NCBI GenBank assembly: GCA_043819795.1
Contig: JBDREN010000169.1
Span: 1-43,353, forward strand
DNA from: Elusimicrobiota bacterium
Lineage (GTDB): Bacteria; Elusimicrobiota; Elusimicrobia; UBA1565
Length of the DNA stretch: 43,353 nt
Direction: 5' to 3'
The position numbers and the translations under genes were made by a program. Every line of letters starts with the position of its first letter. The first letter of the stretch is position 1. The notes beneath the pieces are model-generated. The model worked only from the letters and a program-made list of their open reading frames with translations. It was not told the DNA's origin and did no database searches. Of this stretch, positions 37,930-43,353 are shown piece by piece.

Positions 37930-38490
37930 TTAAGCCCGAGAGAGGAAGTTCCCCAAAACGAAGATATTCCTCTGCCGGAAGGAGGCGGGCGACTCGACCA
38001 AGGCCGTCGCCTTCAGATTCTCAATGCCCGCCACGAACCAAGGGTCAGGCACCGGCGGGACTCCGGCGCACCACCAGGGGACCGCGACCCCTTGTTCGGC
38101 GCAAAGGCGCTCGACCGTCGCGCAGAGAAGAGCATGGAGGCGATGACTGAGGCCGGGATGAGGCCCCTCCGCCACGAGATCGCAGGAAGGACGCCTCCTG
38201 AAAGCGTCGACGAATTCGAAAAGCGCCAGGCGCCAGGAATCCTCCCCCTCCCGCACGATCCGGGCGGAAGCCTCCGCGATCGAACCGGCGCGCGCCGGGG
38301 ACGCTTTCTCCCCCTGGAGGGAGCTTACCGTCGCGCCCAGAGCCTCGGCGATCTTGGCCAAGGTGGACCATCGCGGATTGTGCCCCCCCGCCTCCAAGAG
38401 CTGCAGGGTCTTGTAGGCGACGCCGGCTCTTCGGGCCAGTTCCCTTTGAGAGAGCCCAAGTCGGCGCCGCTTCTCCCTGATCGACTCCAT
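37930..38490 (-). CDS. XRE-family HTH protein, putative antitoxin/autorepressor
   Basis: IREKRRRLGLSQRELARRAGV...LEAG..NP...TLAKIA; C-terminal PWFV...ESPASFRQRNIF; stop 2 nt before the NTase start. Confidence 0.82.
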   Translation of the reverse strand: MESIREKRRRLGLSQRELARRAGVAYKTLQLLEAGGHNPRWSTLAKIAEALGATVSSLQGEKASPARAGSIAEASARIVREGEDSWRLALFEFVDAFRRRPSCDLVAEGPHPGLSHRLHALLCATVERLCAEQGVAVPWWCAGVPPVPDPWFVAGIENLKATALVESPASFRQRNIFVLGNFLSRA

Positions 38491-38496
38491 AGGGAT

Positions 38497-38525
38497 AGTA
38501 TAGTTGACGTAATATATTACGTCAA
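38497..38525 (-). promoter_or_regulatory. Leaderless sigma70 promoter overlapped by a perfect 22-bp palindromic operator
   Basis: TTGACG-17 nt-TATACT-6 nt-ATG on the - strand; palindrome TTGACGTAATATATTACGTCAA at 38504-38525. Confidence 0.85.
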
Positions 38526-38595
38526 TGGCCCTCTGGCGACACGTTCGATGCCCTGGGCGGGCCTCTCAGTCGTCGGTGGCAGATGGAAGCGCACG

Positions 38596-38628
38596 CGGAA
38601 AGTTCTTTCTATTGAATGACTCGGGCAG
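38596..38628 (+). repeat. att-like junction repeat, copy 2
   Basis: CGGAAAGTTCTTTCTATTGAATGACTCGGGCAG; followed by AATTTGGAC (cf. ATGATTTGGAC after the tRNA) and hairpin GGGCCCT-CCG-AGGGCTC (38651-38667). Confidence 0.9.
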
Positions 38629-38812
38629 AATTTGGACCATAGAAAGAACTGGGCCCTCCGAGGGCTCGTCCTATCTCCCGCCGCGAACACCTTCTGCATC
38701 GCCCCGACGAATCCGACACTCCGCATGCTTGGACGTATCCGCCGCATGTCTCAGGCAGCCCCCCCTTCTGAAGGAACGCCCCCCTTGGGGCCGTTCTTGC
38801 CAAGCCCTCGCC

Positions 38813-40279
38813 TCAAAAGGCCAACAAGAAGTCGAGGAGCGGAACGAGGAGAACCCGCCTGTCGGGGAAGGCTTCGTACGTCTCGCGGGTCACGGCGATG
38901 CCGATCGGCGAACGGTGTCTCTCCATGAAGCGGAACAGCGGTCCCAGGTCCCCACGCTCCACCCGTCGGCGAAACTTCACCTCGACCGGGATGACCGTCC
39001 CATCCAGATCCTCCAGAACGAAGTCCACCTCCTCGAACCCTCCCCTCGGCTTGGCCGGATCCCGCAGGCCACGATAGAAGTGTACCTGCAGGCCGACTCC
39101 CCTCAGCACCGTCTGAACGAGGGTCTCGACGAGCGGCCCCACGACATCGGGCTGGGACTCAGCCAGCGACGGCGCGCCCCGGAAGATCGCGTTCCGGACC
39201 CCCAGGTCCGTCAAGGTGATCTTCACGGGGGTCTTCGCCGCGGCCTTGCGGGCCAAGGGAAAGCGGGAGAATTCCCGGATGAGTAGGGCGTCCGCCAAGT
39301 AATGGAGATAGCGGCCCACGGTGGGCTGATTGGTCGCGTACCCCGCCGAACTCGCTTCGTCGGCCAGCCTCTTCTGGGCGATCTCCTGACCAGTTCGCCG
39401 CGCGACCTCCATGTAGAGATGCCTCAGCAGGCGCGGCTGATCCACCGGGAACAGATCGGGAATGTCCACGCCCAGCACCCGCTCGAAGACTGTCTCGACC
39501 AGGTAGTCCGCCCACCGGTCCTCCTCGACGGCGTCGGTGTGAAGGTCCGGATAACCGCCCCGGTTGTAGTACCTCTCCAGCCTCCGCATCCAGCTATGCC
39601 GGCGCTGCGGGGGCTGCCGATGGACCGCGTCGAAGACCTCCGCGGACTTCCAGCCTCGCCCGATCAAGTCCCTCCAGCGGAGGCGGCTAGGAAGCCCCTC
39701 AAGAGAGCCGCCCTGCACGAGCTCCAGAACCTCTCTGAACTGCATGGGCGGGATCTCGGTGGTGAGGGCCCGACCGGCGAGGCTCTCGCGCTGTCCGCGC
39801 GCCACCAATACGCTCGATGAGCCCGTCAGCATCATCCTCGGCCGGTAGGTATCGAAGACATGCTTCACCTGCGCGCTCCACTTGTCGAGCTTGTGAATCT
39901 CGTCAAGGAGCAAGTAGGCCGGCGGCCCCTCCGCCAGCGCCCTCCCACGGACGTCGGCCTCGTACCACCGCAGCATAGCCAGCAAGCTGCTTTGCTCCCG
40001 CAGCACGTCGAGGTCGAAACGAACGAACAGGATGTCGGTCGGCGCTGTCCCCGAGGCGACAAGCCGCCGTACGACCTGCAACATCGCGGTCGACTTGCCC
40101 ACTTGGCGGGGGCCGCGCAACACTTGGACTCTCGCCCCCTCTCTCCTCAGCGCCTCCAGCACCCCGGCAACCGCCGGCCTCTCATAGGCCGGCGGATCCG
40201 GCCGCACACGGTGAGGCGGGGTCCACCAGGGGTTGGTCTCCCTGAGAACCTGCCTAGATTCTTGTGATAACAGCGGCAT
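38813..40279 (-). CDS. AAA-family ATPase (AAA_14 + DUF4143-type) with C-terminal PD-(D/E)xK-like motif
   Basis: NPWW, GPRQVGKST, LLLDEIH, TGSSS, ESLAGR, GGYP, EVDFV...IPVEVK. Alternative start at 40294. Confidence 0.88.
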   Translation of the reverse strand: MPLLSQESRQVLRETNPWWTPPHRVRPDPPAYERPAVAGVLEALRREGARVQVLRGPRQVGKSTAMLQVVRRLVASGTAPTDILFVRFDLDVLREQSSLLAMLRWYEADVRGRALAEGPPAYLLLDEIHKLDKWSAQVKHVFDTYRPRMMLTGSSSVLVARGQRESLAGRALTTEIPPMQFREVLELVQGGSLEGLPSRLRWRDLIGRGWKSAEVFDAVHRQPPQRRHSWMRRLERYYNRGGYPDLHTDAVEEDRWADYLVETVFERVLGVDIPDLFPVDQPRLLRHLYMEVARRTGQEIAQKRLADEASSAGYATNQPTVGRYLHYLADALLIREFSRFPLARKAAAKTPVKITLTDLGVRNAIFRGAPSLAESQPDVVGPLVETLVQTVLRGVGLQVHFYRGLRDPAKPRGGFEEVDFVLEDLDGTVIPVEVKFRRRVERGDLGPLFRFMERHRSPIGIAVTRETYEAFPDRRVLLVPLLDFLLAF

Positions 40280-40299
40280 TAATCCAGACTCCATACATA

Positions 40300-40328
40300 G
40301 TTATACACGGCATTTATAACTCTGTCAA
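40300..40328 (-). promoter_or_regulatory. Near-consensus sigma70 promoter for the ATPase cassette
   Basis: TTGACA(40328-23)-17 nt-TATAAC(40305-00). Confidence 0.75.
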
Positions 40329-40418
40329 GCGGGGCCGAACAGCGATTGCCGCACGCAACCGGCCATCTGCGCGCCTTTCCAACCTCAAATATCATCCCCT
40401 TCAAAACTGAAGCCAACC

Positions 40419-40454
40419 CGGAAAGTTCTTTCTATTAAATGACTCGGGCAGCCA
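40419..40454 (+). repeat. att-like junction repeat, copy 3, ending in tRNA-like GGGCAG-CCA
   Basis: CGGAAAGTTCTTTCTATTAAATGACTCGGGCAG + CCA + TTTTTT. Confidence 0.9.
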
Positions 40455-40463
40455 TTTTTTAGG

Positions 40464-40489
40464 GGAGGAACCTCTTCGGAGGCTCCTCC
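40464..40489 (+). terminator. UUCG-tetraloop hairpin after junction copy 3
   Basis: GGAGGAACCTC-TTCG-GAGGCTCCTCC followed by TTT. Confidence 0.65.
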
Positions 40490-40588
40490 TTTCCATTTCA
40501 GTAAAATTTGCTTGCGCGATAGTTCGAGTACTACCCGATGAAGAGGAGTGTCGCGGTTCAGACCTTTTTGGACACTTTGGCGTCCGAT

Positions 40589-40785
<197 letters not shown>

Positions 40786-40806
40786 GGTCGGCCGGCTCCC
40801 GGAGCG

Positions 40807-43353
40807 CTATCGCTTCTTGTCCGCCCCCATGTCCGGCTGGGCGCTCAAGCCCGTCCACTTCTGCATGAGGCCCGGAGCACAGCCCTTCTTCAGCTGGCCC
40901 TCCCCCACGCCCAGCGCCGCGGCGATCTGCCGGCAGGTGCAGCCCCGCGTCGCGGCCATGTCGTAGACCGCGCTCTGCGCGTTCCCGGGACCCACCTCGA
41001 ACGCCCCGAACGCCGCGTCCCCGTTCTGCCCGTACTGGTTCGGGTTGAGCGCCATGGCGTCGAGCGCCGAGTCCGGGCACGCGTCGGACTCGCCGTCGAA
41101 GTCGTCGGGCACCCCGTCCGCGTCCGAGTCCGCCGGCGCCCCGACCGCGTAGTGGCTGAAGTGCTCCACCGCCACCGTCAGCGTGTTGTTGACCGTGTCC
41201 ACCGCGGCCCCCAGCGCCTCCCACTGGCCGGAGGCCGGGATGTAGCGGTAGACGTCGAGCTTAGCCTCCGCCCGCGGGTTCGACAGCTGCGAGTCCTCGT
41301 AGCGGAACACCAGCTTCACCGGAGCCCCGAAGCCCGCGCCCGAGGGCATGATGTCGTAGTGCAGCAGGATGGTCGCCCCGCCCTTGTTCGTCTGCACCGA
41401 GAAGTTGCTCTGGTCGCTCACCAGGCTCACGGTCGTCGGGTCGCTCATGGCGCCGGGCGGGAACGTGGCGCTCACGCCCTCGGAGGTGACCGTGCCGCCG
41501 CCGGAGCCCACCACCGCGCTCGCGTCGCCGTCCTGCGCGTTGGCCTCTCCGTCGCCGTCTATGTCGTCGTCGCAGACGTCGCCTTCCGTATCGTCCGAGG
41601 CGGCGTCATAGTTCGCCTGGTCCGGGTTGTAGTCGTTGGGGCAGTTGTCCGCGTCCCCGCACACTCCGTCGCCGTCCGCGTCATTGTCGGGGTCATTGGG
41701 GCACGCGTCGCACGCGTCGCCCATGGCGTCGCCATCGGCGTTCGCCTGGTCCGCGTTGGCCGTAGCCGGGCAGTTGTCGAGCGCGCCCTCGTACTCGTCG
41801 CCGTCCGCGTCCAAAGCGTCGTTGCACGCGTCCCCGATGCCGCTTGCGTCCGCGTCCGCCTGGTCCGCGTTGGCGGTCATCGGGCAGTTGTCCTCGCCGT
41901 CCAACGATGCATCGTTGTCGTCATCCGGATCCACGCAGTCCGCGGAGCCGTCGGCGTCGTTATCCGGGAACCCCTCGTCGATAGAACCGTCACAGTCGTT
42001 GTCCAGCCCATCGCAGTCCTCGGCCGACGGCGTCCCCTCATCGCAGGTGTCCTGCTCCTGGCCCGCCGCGCAGATCAGCTCGCCCGTCGCTGCGCACACG
42101 CCCTGGCCGCAGCTCGTCCCCGCCGCGACGTACCCGTCGTCGGCCGTCCCGTCGCAGTCCTGGTCGACCCCGTCGCAGTCCGCGTCATCCGAGGCCGGCG
42201 TCCCCGGCATGCAGGAGTCGACGACCGCGCCGTCGACGCAGGCGGTCGTCCCCGAGGCCGCGCAGGCGCCGACGCCGCAGGAAGTCGCGGAGGCGGCAAA
42301 GCCCTCGTCGGTCTGCCCGTCGCAGTCGTTGTCCTGACCGTCGCAGAGCTCCGCGGCTCCCGGATTCGTATCACTATTCAGATCGTCGCAGTCCACCGGC
42401 CCGCAAGAGCCGCCGTCGGGGGAGTATCCGTCCTGGTCGAGGTCCGCGCAGCCGCAGGGCTCTCCGGAGTCCGAGTTCACCGCGATGCTGACCGTGGCGG
42501 GGTCGGAAAGCGACAAAAGGTCGCTCGCCATGTAGGTGAAGCCGTCGGTCCCGCAGAAGGTCGGATCGGGAGTGTAGGTGAAGGAGCCGTCGGGGTTCAG
42601 GCTCAGGCCGCCGTGGTCCGGGTCGGTGTCCTGGACCGCGGTCAGGGGGTCCCCGTCCGGGTCGCTGTCGTTGGCCAGGACCCCCTCGGCCATCGCGCGC
42701 GGCCGATAGACGAACACGCCGTGGGACGTGCCGGCGTAGAGCTCGTTGCGCCCGTCCCCGTCCAGGTCCGCGATATGGACGCGGAAGACGTCCGCCTCGT
42801 CCTGCGCCATGTCGTCGCGCCAGACCTCGGCATAGCCGGAGCCGTCATATTGGAAAACGATGACGCTTTCGCGGCGCCCCGCCTGGTAGCCCCAGCCCAG
42901 GGTGCCGGCCGCCAACTCCTCGCCCCCTCCCGTCAGCAGCTCGCCCACGTCCAGGGACGGCTGGCTGTCGGCGTAGGTGCTCAGCGCAGGCGAGGTGAAG
43001 ACCTTCTGGTAGTTGTGGTCGTAGATCCAGAGGACCGGCGACGACCAGCCGCTGCCGCAGGAGCCGGGATTGAGGCCGCGGACGAACTCCAACTGGCCGT
43101 CCCCGTCCAGGTCGCCCGCCGCCACCCCGCTGATCCCGTCGCCGGTGTCCGATAAGACGACGTTGCCGGAATGGTTGTAGACCCTAAACCCGTACTCGCC
43201 CCAGCACGACGTCCCGGCCACCAGAAAATCGGACCCCGCGGGGGCGATGGCGTTCACGTCGCTGTTGATGCCGTCGTAGAAGGACTGGGCGTAGCTCGTG
43301 CCGTGTACTCGAAGGCGATCATCCTGCGGTTCCACCAGGGCTCCCCGACCACC
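40807..43353 (-). CDS. Large surface/secreted protein, 5'-partial: FG-GAP-like repeats, Ig-like/VCBS module, MopE-type Cys/Asp repeats, thrombospondin type-3 repeats, ZU5-like C-terminal domain
   Basis: GDLDGDG and ADLDGDG; GVLANDSDPDGDPLT...LNPDGSFTYTP; DCDD...PGAAELCDGQDNDCDG; DNCP...NADQADAD; HFSHYAV. Frame is open to the window end. Confidence 0.88.
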   Translation of the reverse strand, partial: GGRGALVEPQDDRLRVHGTSYAQSFYDGINSDVNAIAPAGSDFLVAGTSCWGEYGFRVYNHSGNVVLSDTGDGISGVAAGDLDGDGQLEFVRGLNPGSCGSGWSSPVLWIYDHNYQKVFTSPALSTYADSQPSLDVGELLTGGGEELAAGTLGWGYQAGRRESVIVFQYDGSGYAEVWRDDMAQDEADVFRVHIADLDGDGRNELYAGTSHGVFVYRPRAMAEGVLANDSDPDGDPLTAVQDTDPDHGGLSLNPDGSFTYTPDPTFCGTDGFTYMASDLLSLSDPATVSIAVNSDSGEPCGCADLDQDGYSPDGGSCGPVDCDDLNSDTNPGAAELCDGQDNDCDGQTDEGFAASATSCGVGACAASGTTACVDGAVVDSCMPGTPASDDADCDGVDQDCDGTADDGYVAAGTSCGQGVCAATGELICAAGQEQDTCDEGTPSAEDCDGLDNDCDGSIDEGFPDNDADGSADCVDPDDDNDASLDGEDNCPMTANADQADADASGIGDACNDALDADGDEYEGALDNCPATANADQANADGDAMGDACDACPNDPDNDADGDGVCGDADNCPNDYNPDQANYDAASDDTEGDVCDDDIDGDGEANAQDGDASAVVGSGGGTVTSEGVSATFPPGAMSDPTTVSLVSDQSNFSVQTNKGGATILLHYDIMPSGAGFGAPVKLVFRYEDSQLSNPRAEAKLDVYRYIPASGQWEALGAAVDTVNNTLTVAVEHFSHYAVGAPADSDADGVPDDFDGESDACPDSALDAMALNPNQYGQNGDAAFGAFEVGPGNAQSAVYDMAATRGCTCRQIAAALGVGEGQLKKGCAPGLMQKWTGLSAQPDMGADKKR

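Larger units (their letters stand above)
34150..40454. mobile_element. Tandem array of three integrase-less cassettes at the tRNA-Gln 3' end
   Basis: Junction repeats ending in GGGCAG at 37227, 38628 and 40451(+CCA); units 34150-37227, 37228-38628 and 38629-40451; all cargo on the - strand; AT-richer junction DNA. Confidence 0.7.

Noticed and set aside
37195..40451. The 33-bp repeats as a CRISPR array or integron attC sites
   Set aside because: Spacing is 1.4-1.8 kb with whole genes between copies; no cas or intI gene; no RYYYAAC...GTTRRRY palindromic attC structure.
41560..42400. Periodic GTCGCAGTC/GTCGTTGTC DNA repeats
   Set aside because: Fully explained by the TSP3/MopE protein repeats in the surface protein.

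Overview
High-GC bacterial chromosomal window. The gene style (lysS-lolC/E-lolD-ilvE-mcsA-mcsB, lipoprotein caspases, TSP3/MopE-repeat surface protein) suggests Elusimicrobiota or a similar lineage; this is inference only. 1-11.4 kb: hydrolases, ndk, two tandem stand-alone response regulators and the lysS...mcsB operon. 11.5-24.5 kb: carbohydrate block with a TonB-dependent receptor, an Na+:solute symporter, a beta-PGM/trehalose-phosphatase/GH65 triple fusion, an Fe-S protein and a GH161-like glucan phosphorylase. 24.5-33.9 kb: small genes, a hutI/HAD/cyclodeaminase cluster, a hybrid kinase, a TIGR01777-family protein and bcp. Most notable, 34.1-40.5 kb is an integrase-less tandem cassette array anchored on the 3' half of a tRNA-Gln(TTG). 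A remnant of a large serine recombinase C-terminus runs into the tRNA end. Three near-identical 33-bp att-like junctions (37195, 38596, 40419) each end in the tRNA 3' core GGGCAG (the last with CCA) and are each followed by a hairpin. They delimit cassettes of about 3.1, 1.4 and 1.8 kb carrying an active/inactive caspase-lipoprotein pair plus an HTH, an HTH + nucleotidyltransferase (toxin-antitoxin-like) pair, and an AAA ATPase. The window ends in a large, 5'-truncated repeat-rich surface protein.
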